Of a stretch of DNA of 64,000 nt, positions 1 through 10,900 are shown piece by piece (position 1 is the first letter of the stretch; each line of letters opens with the position of its first letter). The stretch is from a virus. Below the pieces are notes generated by a model, which was given only the letters and a program-made list of their open reading frames with translations, had not been told where the DNA came from and ran no database searches. The stretch is taken from the IMG/VR virus record IMGVR_UViG_3300005758_000132, positions 1-64,000 of that record; one strand, 5' to 3'. Position numbers and translations under genes: made by a program.

Positions 1-1355
1 GGTGTGGTGACAGCATCAAAAGACGCCACCGACTGGCCTGACACAGCAGAGGTGTCGGTATCGATGGTGTAGTCGGACAGCGTGTAGTGGATGGGCGAGA
101 TGAGAGCGTCGCCTTCAGGTACGAGCGGCATGTGCGCTTCGATAAACAGGTCGACCGCCGTGACTACGACTTCAATCAATACGTCAGCATCGACAGGTGT
201 GGTCACCCGCTCGTTCGAACTCACCAGAGTTGACGACGCCGCGTCCGCGATATGCGCAGAGGGCAGGTCAGCACGGTCAGCAAACCCCAAGCTGTTGAGG
301 TACATCGGCTCCGAGGCGGAGCCGAGGTTCTTCAGCTTCGGGGATGAGTCGTCATACAGCGACGACGCCGTCCAGTAGGCGTAGAGGTCTGTGTTCCAGA
401 TGGCACGGGCGTCGCTGCTTATCGAGTAGGTGGCGAGCTTGGCAGATGTGGCTTCGTCAGCCACCAGGCCGCAGGCGATGAATTTGAATTTGCCATATTG
501 ACTTTGCCCAGTATGCACACCGGAAATGACACGAACGAACGTGTTGATGGCGACATGTCTGGGCGCGCGGTCTTCAACGAAGGTGAAATCAGTGCTCTCG
601 TAGAGAGTCGAGCCACCGGCCGATATCCGGCTGCGCACCTTGTTGTTGTTGAGGTCGACGCGCGTCGAAAAGACCTGAATGCCCTGCGCCCCGGCACTCG
701 TCGCAGCCGGCTGAAACTGGTAGTTCAGGCCGCTGGTAGACCTGTTGCCACCAAACAAGATGCGGTCATCGTATGAGTAAAGCTGCGCGATGTAGTCGGT
801 GGTCTGAAGCTCGTTCGTACCGAGATCGTCGTAGAGGTTCATGAACCGCCAATAGTCGGTGGTTCTTGAGTCGGTCTGAAGGACCTTCACGAATAGCGTA
901 TAAACGCCGTTGACGCCCGCCACGCCATCAGCGCCACTGGGAGACCACATGAAGTCAGGGCTGCCATTTGTCTGGATGTAGTGCTGCTCGATGCCGGGGC
1001 GATAGGCGTATGTCGAATCGGAGAAGATTCGATGGCCAGGCGTGGCGAGGGCATCACCGCTTGGATCGATGACGATCGTAGCGTCTGAGTAGGTCTGATG
1101 GATGGGCGCAACGAGCGCAAGGGGCGTGGGCTGTTGAAGGGTCGAGTCGACGTAGGCAGGCGGCAGGGCGATGGGGTCGTAGATATGGCCGAAAAGAGAG
1201 ATGGCGCCGGCGCCCCAGAAGTTCTCGACGATGCCTGCCTGCGCGGCCTCAGTGAGGTCAAGGCGCGTGTTGATCCAAAGCGACACGCCCGTGGGGCCTG
1301 CCACCTCTTGCAGCGTGGCCAGGGGCCGTGTCGCTATGGGATATGCGCCGAGCAT
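1..1355 (-). CDS. Putative tail/fibre structural protein, 3'-truncated by the window edge
   Basis: ATG at 1355 after GAGGTGA, reading MLGAYPIATRPLATLQ..., an N-terminus typical of phage tail proteins. The frame was open in both end portions I translated and appears to run off the window, which explains its absence from the ORF track. Confidence 0.65.
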   Translation of the reverse strand, partial: MLGAYPIATRPLATLQEVAGPTGVSLWINTRLDLTEAAQAGIVENFWGAGAISLFGHIYDPIALPPAYVDSTLQQPTPLALVAPIHQTYSDATIVIDPSGDALATPGHRIFSDSTYAYRPGIEQHYIQTNGSPDFMWSPSGADGVAGVNGVYTLFVKVLQTDSRTTDYWRFMNLYDDLGTNELQTTDYIAQLYSYDDRILFGGNRSTSGLNYQFQPAATSAGAQGIQVFSTRVDLNNNKVRSRISAGGSTLYESTDFTFVEDRAPRHVAINTFVRVISGVHTGQSQYGKFKFIACGLVADEATSAKLATYSISSDARAIWNTDLYAYWTASSLYDDSSPKLKNLGSASEPMYLNSLGFADRADLPSAHIADAASSTLVSSNERVTTPVDADVLIEVVVTAVDLFIEAHMPLVPEGDALISPIHYTLSDYTIDTDTSAVSGQSVASFDAVTT

Positions 1356-1363
1356 CGGTCACC

Positions 1364-2290
1364 TCACCAGCACTGAATGATTACGCAGCCAGGCCCGCCA
1401 TTGCCACCGCGGCCACTACCTTGTCCTGCGGACGAAGAGCTAGAAGCACCGCCACCGCCACCACCTGCGCCGTAGACGGCCCCGTTCCCACCAGCGGTGC
1501 CAAGTGTCGCAGTCGACGCGCCGCCCGTGCCGCCGTATAATTTCATTGGGAATATCGTAGACCAGCTGAATCCTGAAGCGCCACTTGTTCCACTGATCGA
1601 ACCTCCCAAAGATGTTGAAAATGGCGTGAAAGATATGCCATTAATAAAACCTCCATTTCTACTGATATTGCCTATCCTACCACCACCGCCAGCCCCGCCA
1701 TAGATTTGCGAAGCAGTGCCTTGCGTGATGCCGCCTCCGGTTCCACTGGCGGAACCAGTTCCGCCAGTATTACCAGCAATAAAAAGCGTGGCGCCAAGAT
1801 TGCCTAATGGTGCTGAAGTGGTTGCTCCTGTTGCTGCTCCCGCTCCGCCTGAAACATCGGTCGTTGTACCGCCTCCGCCTCCGCTGCCGGCTCTTGCTTC
1901 AAGAAAAAGATATTGAGCTGTAGTGCTGGGATAAACACCCACAAGAGTTGACGATGCGGCAAAAGCAACATTACCAGCCGTTCCGTTTGTATTGCCTTCC
2001 ACACCAACACCGCCAGAGCCGCCAGGCGTGACGCGAATGTAAAGCGTATCAGGCAGGAGAAAGAGCGGGATGGTCAGCCTGGATAAGCCGCCTGAGCCAC
2101 CGCCTCCTCCACCGCCGCGCTGTGTGCCAGCACCACCTGAGCCTCCACCCCCGCCTGGTCCGATGGCGTAAATCGTGGCCATGACAAAGCCGCGCGGCTT
2201 CTGCCATGCCTGCCAGGAATTTTCATCCACGCCCTGCGGCAAGAAGACCGACAGGCCTGGAGTCTCGGGGATGTGCAATAGGTCAATCAT
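1364..2290 (-). CDS. Glycine-rich tail-fibre-associated protein (paralog 1 of 3)
   Basis: W-x-KP...IG(P/A)GGGGG N-terminal motif and GGxGGPGCVIIxxW C-terminus; lies in the fibre module. Confidence 0.75.
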   Translation of the reverse strand: MIDLLHIPETPGLSVFLPQGVDENSWQAWQKPRGFVMATIYAIGPGGGGGSGGAGTQRGGGGGGGSGGLSRLTIPLFLLPDTLYIRVTPGGSGGVGVEGNTNGTAGNVAFAASSTLVGVYPSTTAQYLFLEARAGSGGGGGTTTDVSGGAGAATGATTSAPLGNLGATLFIAGNTGGTGSASGTGGGITQGTASQIYGGAGGGGRIGNISRNGGFINGISFTPFSTSLGGSISGTSGASGFSWSTIFPMKLYGGTGGASTATLGTAGGNGAVYGAGGGGGGASSSSSAGQGSGRGGNGGPGCVIIQCW

Positions 2291-2293
2291 GGG

Positions 2294-3169
2294 TTACCAC
2301 GCAATGATGCAGATATAAGCTGGGCCTCCATTGCCACCGCGCCCGCCGAGTATCGAAGACGCTCCACCACCTCCTCCACCTGCTCCATACGTGGTCGCAT
2401 TACCGCCATTGGCTCCATTGCTAACGTTACCAACAGCGCCGCCACATCCACCTATGCTCAGAAATGGGAGCCCATAGCCCTGCGAACCGTTGATGCCGAT
2501 CGTTGAAGCAGGGATGCTTGGAACCACAAAAGGTATATCAGAGGCGAAAGTTCCGCCGAAAAAGTTGATTCCAGATGCAGTCCCGCCCCCCGACGCGCCG
2601 CCTAGAATTGGACTTGCTGTTGATATTGATGTATTGTTACCATTGCTCCCAGAACTACTGGCCTGTCCCGGTCTTCCGACGGTCGAAGTGAAATATATAG
2701 ACTTCTGCTGTAACGGATTATCGCCGACCTGCACCACAAGACCTGCGGAGCCTGCTGTACTGCCGCCAGAAGACGTGCCGCCCGTAGCGCCAATCAAGGA
2801 GTTTTGAGAGTTTGTGAAGCCTGGGTAATTTCTAACGGAAACGCTTGCGCTGACACCACCGGCTCCGCCGCCCGGAGAGCCACCCACCGCACCAGCTGCA
2901 GCATCAGCCATTCGAATAAGCAACGTGTTTGGTATTTCTGATGCCAAATACAGAACTTGCGACATTGAGGCACTCCCGCCACCGCCACCGCCCGCAATGT
3001 TAGACCCTGTGCCGCCTCCGCCACCGCCGCCTCCTGCTCCAATCGCAAACATGAAGACAAGCCGACAATTAGGTGGCTTATGCCAAGTTCGATAACCGGA
3101 TGTACTTCCAGCCATGGCAGGGTATTCGCTTACTACGGCATTTTGTGGTAGATGTGAAAAGTCAAACAT
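2294..3169 (-). CDS. Glycine-rich tail-fibre-associated protein (paralog 2 of 3)
   Basis: WHKPPNC...AIGAGGGGG...GGNGGPAYICIIAW. Confidence 0.75.
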   Translation of the reverse strand: MFDFSHLPQNAVVSEYPAMAGSTSGYRTWHKPPNCRLVFMFAIGAGGGGGGGGTGSNIAGGGGGGSASMSQVLYLASEIPNTLLIRMADAAAGAVGGSPGGGAGGVSASVSVRNYPGFTNSQNSLIGATGGTSSGGSTAGSAGLVVQVGDNPLQQKSIYFTSTVGRPGQASSSGSNGNNTSISTASPILGGASGGGTASGINFFGGTFASDIPFVVPSIPASTIGINGSQGYGLPFLSIGGCGGAVGNVSNGANGGNATTYGAGGGGGGASSILGGRGGNGGPAYICIIAW

Positions 3170-3172
3170 AGG

Positions 3173-4090
3173 TCACCAGCTCGCAATGATGACCAGTCCA
3201 GGACCGCCATCGCCACCGCGCCCGCCTGTCAATCCGCCACCGCCACCGCCACCGCCTGCGCCCCATGCAACGCCATTACCGCCACGGCCACCAACGCCAA
3301 GATTGTTGCCGCCGCCGCCGCATCCGCCGTAATGAATGCCGGCATGAATGAACCCGGATGATGCGTCTTCGCCTGTTTCGGCCGTTCCCCCTGGTACCGC
3401 ATTGAGCAATGTAGCTCCGCCGGCAGAATATCCACCGCCTGCGCCTCCTGCGCCGGAAGTTTTTCCTCCTCCAGATGCTCCGCCCATTAAAATGTTATCG
3501 ATAAATTGTGATGACGCAGTACCTGTGCTTCCGTTAAATGATAAGGCAGCTCTATTGAGAAATCTTTGACTGACTGCCATCCTACCTAGAGGGGCTATGC
3601 TTCCATCCACTTGATTTCCGCCACCGCCAAAAACACTTCCGCCGAAAGATATAGTGCCTGCTCCACCGCCCGACCCGCCTGAATTAGTTCTTACTAACGC
3701 ATTGGCAGAGGTGGAGAAATCGTGGTATGGATGTACACATACAAAACTGTCTATTCCAGAAAAACCGGATACACCAGCGCCTCCTCCATTTCCTCCCTTC
3801 CCGGCAATAACATATAGCCTTTCAGGCAGTGTTATTGCCAAAAAAGTCATAGAGACAAGCTGCCCACAACTACCACCACCGCCGCCACCAGCAGTCGCGT
3901 TGATTGAATTTGACGCTCCTCCGCCCCCTCCTCCTCCACCACTAATTACTATTATCGACACCATGGAAATGCCCCTTGGCTTGTTCCATATTGACCAAAA
4001 GCTAGACCCTGGAGCAGAGCTATTGCTCTGATGGGCCGGAAACCAGACCGTGCGCTCATCAGGCTCGGGCAGGTGCAGGAGGTCAATCAT
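3173..4090 (-). CDS. Glycine-rich tail-fibre-associated protein (paralog 3 of 3)
   Basis: MIDLLHLPE...WNKPRG...GGDGGPGLVIIASW. Confidence 0.75.
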   Translation of the reverse strand: MIDLLHLPEPDERTVWFPAHQSNSSAPGSSFWSIWNKPRGISMVSIIVISGGGGGGGGASNSINATAGGGGGGSCGQLVSMTFLAITLPERLYVIAGKGGNGGGAGVSGFSGIDSFVCVHPYHDFSTSANALVRTNSGGSGGGAGTISFGGSVFGGGGNQVDGSIAPLGRMAVSQRFLNRAALSFNGSTGTASSQFIDNILMGGASGGGKTSGAGGAGGGYSAGGATLLNAVPGGTAETGEDASSGFIHAGIHYGGCGGGGNNLGVGGRGGNGVAWGAGGGGGGGGLTGGRGGDGGPGLVIIASW

Positions 4091-4530
4091 CAGTACTTTC
4101 CGCCGAAGATGGTGCAGGTGAACTCACCTGAGCCGCCAGGCGCTGTGCCGATGGTCACATAAATCTTGTAGCCTGGCGGGAGTGCCATATTCAGGGCGTA
4201 GTCGAAATCGGCTTGCGGAGCGGATGCCGATGCCGTCGTCGACGGCAAACCGAGCTCGCCAATAAGCGCAGAGTTGGCGGCCGTGCCAGTAGTCGAGCCA
4301 TTGTTCAACCAGAAACGAACGACCGTTGCGTTCGTGTTGTTCGCTGGGTTGGCTTTGACGCGCGCATTGCGGACAAAGCCGCCATTGGTCGCATCAGCGA
4401 CGAAGACCTCGTAAGACGTGCTGCCGACCGTCGTCAGGTCCTGATTGTTGTTTAGGGTGTTGATTTCGACTTCCCACTGTATATCGCCTTGCCTACTGAA
4501 CACCGGTTCAGAGTTTGGTCCTGGCATCAC
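4090..4530 (-). CDS. Small beta-rich virion protein, fibre module
   Basis: Coupled to both neighbours, strong GGAGGTGA RBS, composition typical of structural proteins. Confidence 0.6.
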   Translation of the reverse strand: MMPGPNSEPVFSRQGDIQWEVEINTLNNNQDLTTVGSTSYEVFVADATNGGFVRNARVKANPANNTNATVVRFWLNNGSTTGTAANSALIGELGLPSTTASASAPQADFDYALNMALPPGYKIYVTIGTAPGGSGEFTCTIFGGKY

Positions 4531-4820
4531 TCACCTCCTTCGGGCTCTGGCGTAGGTTCAGGAGGAGCAGGCGGGACGGGTGGAGGCGGAGCCAGTCGCA
4601 TATTGATGACGAGCGTGGCCTTTCGCTTTGCAATGACGCGCGTGCAGACCATGCCCTCGGCAATCACCCACCACATCAGCGTCTCGCTTTGGTCATACGG
4701 CACAACAATTTCGCAGATGTCCTGACCGGCTGCTAGCGCGGCCGTGACAGCGGCTTCAATGTTTGCCTTGCTCTCTTCGAGAGTCGGCTCAGGTACGGGT
4801 GTCGGAACTGGAAGTGGCAT
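4527..4820 (-). CDS. Hypothetical protein with Pro-rich termini
   Basis: GAGGT RBS; overlaps the next gene start. Confidence 0.55.
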   Translation of the reverse strand: MPLPVPTPVPEPTLEESKANIEAAVTAALAAGQDICEIVVPYDQSETLMWWVIAEGMVCTRVIAKRKATLVINMRLAPPPPVPPAPPEPTPEPEGGE

Positions 4821-4827
4821 AATGACC

Positions 4828-5199
4828 TCAGGGTAGGAAGTTACGCTGACCTAGCAGAATGGCCCGGCCAACTTCGGTGAAGCGTTTGGCGTATGTGCCG
4901 AGTAGCGGGGCGAAGACTTTCTTGCTGCCCGCGCTGAACGTGACGACGTTATTGGAGTTGGAGGACTGCACGATGGTCTCGCGGACCAACGTGGTCGAAG
5001 CGGAGAGGTAGCCGATGCCCGTCTCCCACTCGGACTCGTCGTCCATCTGGATCGTGTAGGTGAAGCGCTTGCCGGTGTCCCCGTTGCCGAAGGCATCGTT
5101 GAACGAAACTCGGCCCGTGGGCGCGGTACCCGACAGCGTGAAGTCAGAAGCGCCCGTAGAGGTCGATGTGTCCTCCACCCTGTCGTAGTACGCAACCAT
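4828..5199 (-). CDS. Tail-fibre N-terminal-like structural protein
   Basis: DRVEDTSTSTGASDFTLSG matches the common DRVxETxTxTGT fibre-anchor N-terminus. Confidence 0.65.
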   Translation of the reverse strand: MVAYYDRVEDTSTSTGASDFTLSGTAPTGRVSFNDAFGNGDTGKRFTYTIQMDDESEWETGIGYLSASTTLVRETIVQSSNSNNVVTFSAGSKKVFAPLLGTYAKRFTEVGRAILLGQRNFLP

Positions 5200-5423
5200 T
5201 ACCCGCCTCCGATTTCTCTCTGCGCCTCGTCGATGTAGCCTTGAAGGTCATCGATCGTGCTCTGCATCGAAACACGAACGTCGTCCTGCGACGACGAGAG
5301 GCGGCCGATGCGCACGTAGAGCGCGTCGTTCTTGGTGGGGTAGATGCCCGGCCCTTCGTTCTCGGGGACTTCCTCGGGAACGTCGAACCGGACATCGCCA
5401 GTGGTTTTAAGCCGCCAGCCCAT
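5199..5423 (-). CDS. Hypothetical protein
   Basis: GAGGGGG RBS, TAATG coupling. Confidence 0.55.
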   Translation of the reverse strand: MGWRLKTTGDVRFDVPEEVPENEGPGIYPTKNDALYVRIGRLSSSQDDVRVSMQSTIDDLQGYIDEAQREIGGG

Positions 5424-5437
5424 ATTACCCCCTCAGA

Positions 5438-6079
5438 TTACATGCGGAAGGTCATGCTCGCAACCGACACCTGAACGCCTGCGGCGATCGAGGCGTCAGA
5501 AGAGGCGAGCGCGCACTCGGTCAGCGACGACTTCACGCGGAAGTAGTTGGTGCCCGCGTCGGTGTAGTTGATGCTCGTGCCACCAGCCGAGGTGGCGAGC
5601 TCGAAGGTCGTCGAGGAGCTGTTGCGCACGTAGTAGGTCGTGTTCTCGACGATGCCGGTCGGGAGCACGCCGCCGGCCTCGATGAACATGTGGATCGTCG
5701 CGTCGTTGGAGAAGCCGTGCGCGACCGTCGTGGTGAAGGTCAGCTTGCCGCTGACGTTCGAGGTCGAGGTGCGCAGCGAGCCACCGGCCACGAGGTCGAT
5801 GACGCCCGTGCCCGCCGACTTGGTGAGGCGAGCGTAGCCGGCCGTACCAGACGCAGGCGCCGCGTCTTCCGACGTCACCGAGTTGGCCGTCGCGACGCCG
5901 CCAGAGGCAGCCGCGAAGGCGGGGTTGGAAAGGGTAAGCTCGGCGAGCAGGGTGCCGGTTGCCGAGTCGGTCGGCAGCGAGGGCGCCGAGCCGGTGTAGA
6001 TGCGGAGCAGGCCGCCGTCGACGTTTGCAAGCAGCGCGTCCAGCGCCTCATTACGTCCTTCAACAGAGATAGTAGCCAT
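5438..6079 (-). CDS. Virion structural protein
   Basis: RNEALDA...LRIYTGSAP...GTLLAELTL...GTAGYARL is a widespread phage virion-protein pattern; strong RBS and strongly biased codons. Confidence 0.7.
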   Translation of the reverse strand: MATISVEGRNEALDALLANVDGGLLRIYTGSAPSLPTDSATGTLLAELTLSNPAFAAASGGVATANSVTSEDAAPASGTAGYARLTKSAGTGVIDLVAGGSLRTSTSNVSGKLTFTTTVAHGFSNDATIHMFIEAGGVLPTGIVENTTYYVRNSSSTTFELATSAGGTSINYTDAGTNYFRVKSSLTECALASSDASIAAGVQVSVASMTFRM

Positions 6080-6094
6080 GATGATCCTCCTCAG

Positions 6095-6913
6095 TTACCA
6101 GATATCGCCATCGATGCTGATACTAGCTGACACGCCGGCAGCTAGTAAGTCCTCTAAAATCGGTGTCAGCTGACGCAAGCGCTTTCCATTATCGAGGTAA
6201 AGCGGATGACCTGCGCCAAGTGCATCAGCTGATTTTGTAGCGTCTAAAAATAGGTGCCCACCAAACGGGTCAGAAGTTCTCGCGACGGGGCTGACCCTAA
6301 CATAGGTTCTGGGCGGTGGTGAAAAATCACGGTGATCTAGCTTGACTTCATACACCATGCCAGAACCAGCGTATCGACCGGCTTGCACTTCCCAGTCGCT
6401 AGGCTGCGTGCCTGTAAAGTTCAAGCGCGGCCCTCCGGTAGCTTCCCTGACACGAAACGGAAGGAAGCGCGCCGTCAGGCCGGTCGCAGTCGTGAAGTTG
6501 GCTAGCTCGAAGTCGCTTGAACGATAGCTCGTTAGACCTAGCCAAGCGCCTGAGGGACCTAGCACTTCCGTTGACCTGTATAGCACACCACGCACGCGCA
6601 CCAGCCGGTCTACGTGGTCACTAGTAAACGGTCCGCCAGTGCCCTCTAACAGCCTTGTAGGGGTAGACGCGTCAGTGTCCACGAGACGGCTCTCAGCGTA
6701 GTCATGCAGCGCCATCTCGATGAATCGAAACACTGCCTTAGGGTGCGTTCGCGCGCCGATAGCGACCGCGTGAATCGCGTTAACCCACACCGCTTCTGAG
6801 AAGTCTCGCGGACGCGGTACGCCATAGAGAGCAGCGATGGCATCGTGCCAGCGTCCTTCCGCCTTGTGCACGAGCATCGCGCGAAACGCGGCTTCTATCT
6901 GCGACGTAATCAT
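6095..6913 (-). CDS. Putative baseplate wedge protein
   Basis: Position in the module; C-terminal LEDLLAAGVS resembles wedge-protein ends. Confidence 0.45.
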   Translation of the reverse strand: MITSQIEAAFRAMLVHKAEGRWHDAIAALYGVPRPRDFSEAVWVNAIHAVAIGARTHPKAVFRFIEMALHDYAESRLVDTDASTPTRLLEGTGGPFTSDHVDRLVRVRGVLYRSTEVLGPSGAWLGLTSYRSSDFELANFTTATGLTARFLPFRVREATGGPRLNFTGTQPSDWEVQAGRYAGSGMVYEVKLDHRDFSPPPRTYVRVSPVARTSDPFGGHLFLDATKSADALGAGHPLYLDNGKRLRQLTPILEDLLAAGVSASISIDGDIW

Positions 6914-7959
6914 ACAGCGCCTCCAGTTCGACGCGGGATAAGTCTATCAGGCGGCACGTCAGGCTCTACAAAAAGTGCAGGATGACCGTAATTGAAGTCC
7001 ATCACAACAGGCGTGTTCTCGTCAGCGAAACTGCCGTCAGGCATGTAGTTGGTCTCAATAGTCATGCGACGATTAGTCACGTCAGTTGAATTTACAGACA
7101 CGCGCAATAAATACCCGTCTACCCAGATGTAGTTTTCACCAAAAAACCCAAGTGTGGTCTCGACAAGCGCATACACATCGCCTGGCTCTAGCTTGCTTCG
7201 AAGGCGCGTGCATGGCGCGCCTCCAAACCTGTGCATGGTTCTACCAAGGGCGGACAGCAGCGCGTCCAGCGGTCTGTACGGAGGCAAGTTATCGTCAGTA
7301 GCTTGCGCGTCGAAACGGATATCGCGTGCCCCTGATTTCCACGCCTCCGGCATAGACGCTGCCAGCTCGTATTTAGCAGGCCATGGTCTATCTCGTCTCA
7401 GAATCGAGATGACACCTGCCTCTGATACTAGAGCAGACCCAGAGTAGACCTCGATGCTGTAAAAGCCTAGCGGCAATGGCGGAAGTGAAAAATAAAGCCG
7501 CTCGCCGTCTCTTGACGGCGCGATAACGTCAGACATTCCCGCGACGCAACTGAAACACCCGTACCCGTTTTGAGGCCAAATAGCGTTGCTAACGTCTCTG
7601 AGAAAAACTTTATACGTAGACGTCACTGACCAAGTTCCGACAAGGAGAACAACGTCACCACCTTCATCACTGTACGTTGTGCCGTATGGGAACATGACGT
7701 GTAAACTGTACGGAAAACCATAGCCGGGTTCGCCATCGCCAAAGATAGAGCCCCAGACGCCATACCCGTCACCATATGGCGCTCCCCAACCATCAAGCTG
7801 AGGCAGAGATACGATAGCTGAAGCAACTGCGACAAAGGGTGAGCCCCTCCAGTCGTAGGAGAGGTTGGTCGTATCGATGCCGTTGCTGCCAGGCACCCTG
7901 ACAAAGGGCGAGCCTTTGTAGTTGTAGTTGAGGGCGACGCTGTTGCTCGAAATGGTCAC
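6910..7959 (-). CDS. Putative baseplate/tail protein
   Basis: 349-aa ORF coupled to neighbours; duplicated YxxxGSPFV at the N-terminus. Confidence 0.55.
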   Translation of the reverse strand: MTISSNSVALNYNYKGSPFVRVPGSNGIDTTNLSYDWRGSPFVAVASAIVSLPQLDGWGAPYGDGYGVWGSIFGDGEPGYGFPYSLHVMFPYGTTYSDEGGDVVLLVGTWSVTSTYKVFLRDVSNAIWPQNGYGCFSCVAGMSDVIAPSRDGERLYFSLPPLPLGFYSIEVYSGSALVSEAGVISILRRDRPWPAKYELAASMPEAWKSGARDIRFDAQATDDNLPPYRPLDALLSALGRTMHRFGGAPCTRLRSKLEPGDVYALVETTLGFFGENYIWVDGYLLRVSVNSTDVTNRRMTIETNYMPDGSFADENTPVVMDFNYGHPALFVEPDVPPDRLIPRRTGGAV

Positions 7960-7960
7960 G

Positions 7961-10900
7961 TCACACCGCCTGGCTGATGGTGATGTCGTCGATGTACACG
8001 GTCTCCGGCGTGCTGGTCACGAACCAGACCTTGGCGCCGAGCTCAACGACACCGCGCTCAGTGGGTGTGAACGTGATGGTGACGTTCTGCCACGCGGTGT
8101 CGGACGCCTTCACCGTCTCCACGTCGGTCGTCACGCCAGCGATCTGCCCACCCTTGCAGATGAAGCTCGCCGCGATGTCCGTCGAGTCGGTCTTCTTCAT
8201 CCACAGGGAGGCGGTCACGAGGTAGTTGGCCTCGACCGGCACCTGAGCGATGGGCATGTAAAAAGGCCAGCCCTCGTCACGATAGGGACCAAGGGGATTT
8301 GTCAGTGTGATGCCCCACATCAAGCCGGCACCGCCGCTTCGAGTGGTGGGAGCGCTGACCACCTCGACACCTACATCGAACAGGTAGTTCTGACCGGTGC
8401 TATTGTGATTCTTGGAGTCAAATCGACGCGATCTTGCTGCAGGATAGGCATAAACATTTTCAGCGCACGAAGAAAACGTGAGATCTCGACCGTAGTTCTG
8501 ACCTCCTGATGTCTCAACACCTCTATCACAATTCGTAAACGAGCCAGAATTAAGCTCGTTACCGTTAGTTGTAGGGTAGAAAACCGCACCGCTACTACAG
8601 TAGCTCGCCGTTATTGCCTGAATTGTGTTATTCAAACACGATAAAAACTCTACACCCGCATAACAGTTAGTTGCTATTATACTGGTAATAGTATTATTCG
8701 AACATGAAGAAAAATGCGCGCCGGTACTGCAGTAGTTAACTCTAGTTGAAGTTACAGTATTGTTGTTACCCTCAGACAAAAATACACCGTACTGATTACA
8801 GTGAGTTGCTGTAATATCCGTAACAGTGTTTCGGAACGAGCCTGCGTCTTCAAAGTGAAACCCGTACATGTATCGCGTCACATGAAAACGGGTAAACGTA
8901 TTGTATGAGAGAGAGCAGTAGATGCCGGAGCCGTATCCAGTCTGACCGTCGTATATCGTGACACCATTCTGCGTATTGCTTACGGTGTCCCAGCCGCCAG
9001 AGTAGTTTATTGTGCCCCCATACTGACCGTCATCGCGAGCTGTATTTGCAGAGCTTGAAACTACAGATAGAGCGATAGGCTTTCGAAGATAAGTTGTGAC
9101 GTTTTCAGTTGTTCCGAGGTATCCGCGTTTTGCAGTAGAGCCTGAAGGTGTAAACTGAGGACTACCCGCACGTTCCGCGAGCATGACCACACGCCCACTA
9201 ATCGACTCAATCGCAAAGGTAAATTCGGTGCCGCCAAAGGCCTGAGTATTCTTTGTGATGAGTGTGTGAAGATTCAGACCAGCCGCATCGCAGGCGCTGA
9301 TGTTGTCAACTGACAAATATGCACCTGCCTGTGTGGCAGTGTCTGAGTAGAGCGCGATCGACTGAATTGCCGCACCGAGGGCGCCACCGCCGGACTTCTG
9401 TATGACAAGAGGGTACCACCTACTTTGCGCGGGAAGGGCGGGTACGAGGAATGTGTCTACCACCGTCTGACCATTCGTGTCTGAGCAAAGGCAAATGCGA
9501 TACTCATCGGTGGCTAGTGGGTTCGTACCGTTTGATTTAGCCCAAAGGGTAATCGAGTCGTGGCTGCTGAAGTCCGTAGACGTAATTGTCTTGTAGGCCA
9601 ATCGAGCAGCCGCAGCGCCCGCAACAATGATATTTCCGACAATGTGCGTGACGTGCGCTGCGCTCTGTGGTGACTGACCGCTCGGAGTGTCGAGCGTCAG
9701 GGCGCCGGAGTCGTCCACCGTGATGGTGAGCGTGCAGCCTGATCCAGATCCACCAGAGGTCAATTTCCCTGATCCAGCCGTGTAGCCGCCAAGCACTGAC
9801 TGTGTATCAAGCTGCACGGTGAGGACACCACCGTCGTCGACGGTGAGGATGTCGAGTTGGCAACCGCCGCCGCTACCTCCTGACGTGTTCACGGAGGTGC
9901 CGGTCGAATATCCCGTACCGCCCGTTGTGACCGATACAGTGAGAACTGGGTAAGGAACAGCGCCTACCGTCAACACTGTAACGGTCGCGTCGTTTCCACC
10001 CCCTGTGATCGTCAGAACGTCGCCCGGTGTGTACCCGGTACCGCCGAACGGGACGGCAACCGTCAGCACAGGGCCGGTGGTGTCGACAGTCAGGACCTCC
10101 ACGGTGGCGTCGGTAGGCCCGGAGTCGATCGTGAGAATGTCACCGATCGTGTAGCCGCTACCACCAGCCGTCACGGTGATAGCGTCATTTACGTACCCCC
10201 CAACCACGGTCCAAGCGGACTCGCAGTTGTCGATCGTCTTGGTCTGCGCGGTATCGAGATAGACTACCTGCGCATTGATCTGTCTGACCTTACCACCAGA
10301 TCCAGCGCCTCCGCCTGCGCCTACGCTATTGGCTCCAGTTTCAGCATCGATCAATTGGAAGGTGTTGAGCGTTTTGTTGGCAACCTTCCAGGTACCGTTC
10401 GCCGTGGTGTTGGTCGAGTGGTCATAAACACGGACGTAGTCGCCGTTGTTCAACCCGTGATTGGTGGACGTGGTGACGACAATCGGGGTGGCGTCGGTGC
10501 TCGACGAGATGGTGACCTCAGCGCCGATAGGACCGCCTGTCCAGGTGGCACCACCGACGCTAACAGGGTCACCGCTCTTGGCGACGCGGATCGTGTCGCC
10601 CGGCTGAATGCGCGCTGCGAGGGGGCCATCAGAGATGGTCTCCCACGCATCCGCCCAAGAGCTTCCGCCCCTGGGAGTGACGGTACCCGAGGCGTCCACC
10701 GTAGCCTGCCACGTCGCGCCGTCGAGGTCAAAGTTGTCCGCGTTGAAGACAGTGATTTTCCACGCGCCGTTGAGCCAAGCGTCAAAATCGGTGAGGTCGA
10801 CGACGGCTCCGGTGGTCAGGCCGTGGCCCGTCTTGTTGATGCGCGTGATGGTGCCGGACGGATTCGAAGCCGTGCAGCTTGCGAGCGCTGCACGAGCTGA

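Noticed and set aside
1364-4090. Diversity-generating retroelement acting on the Gly-rich genes
   Set aside because: No reverse transcriptase and no template/variable repeat pair differing at adenines in the window.
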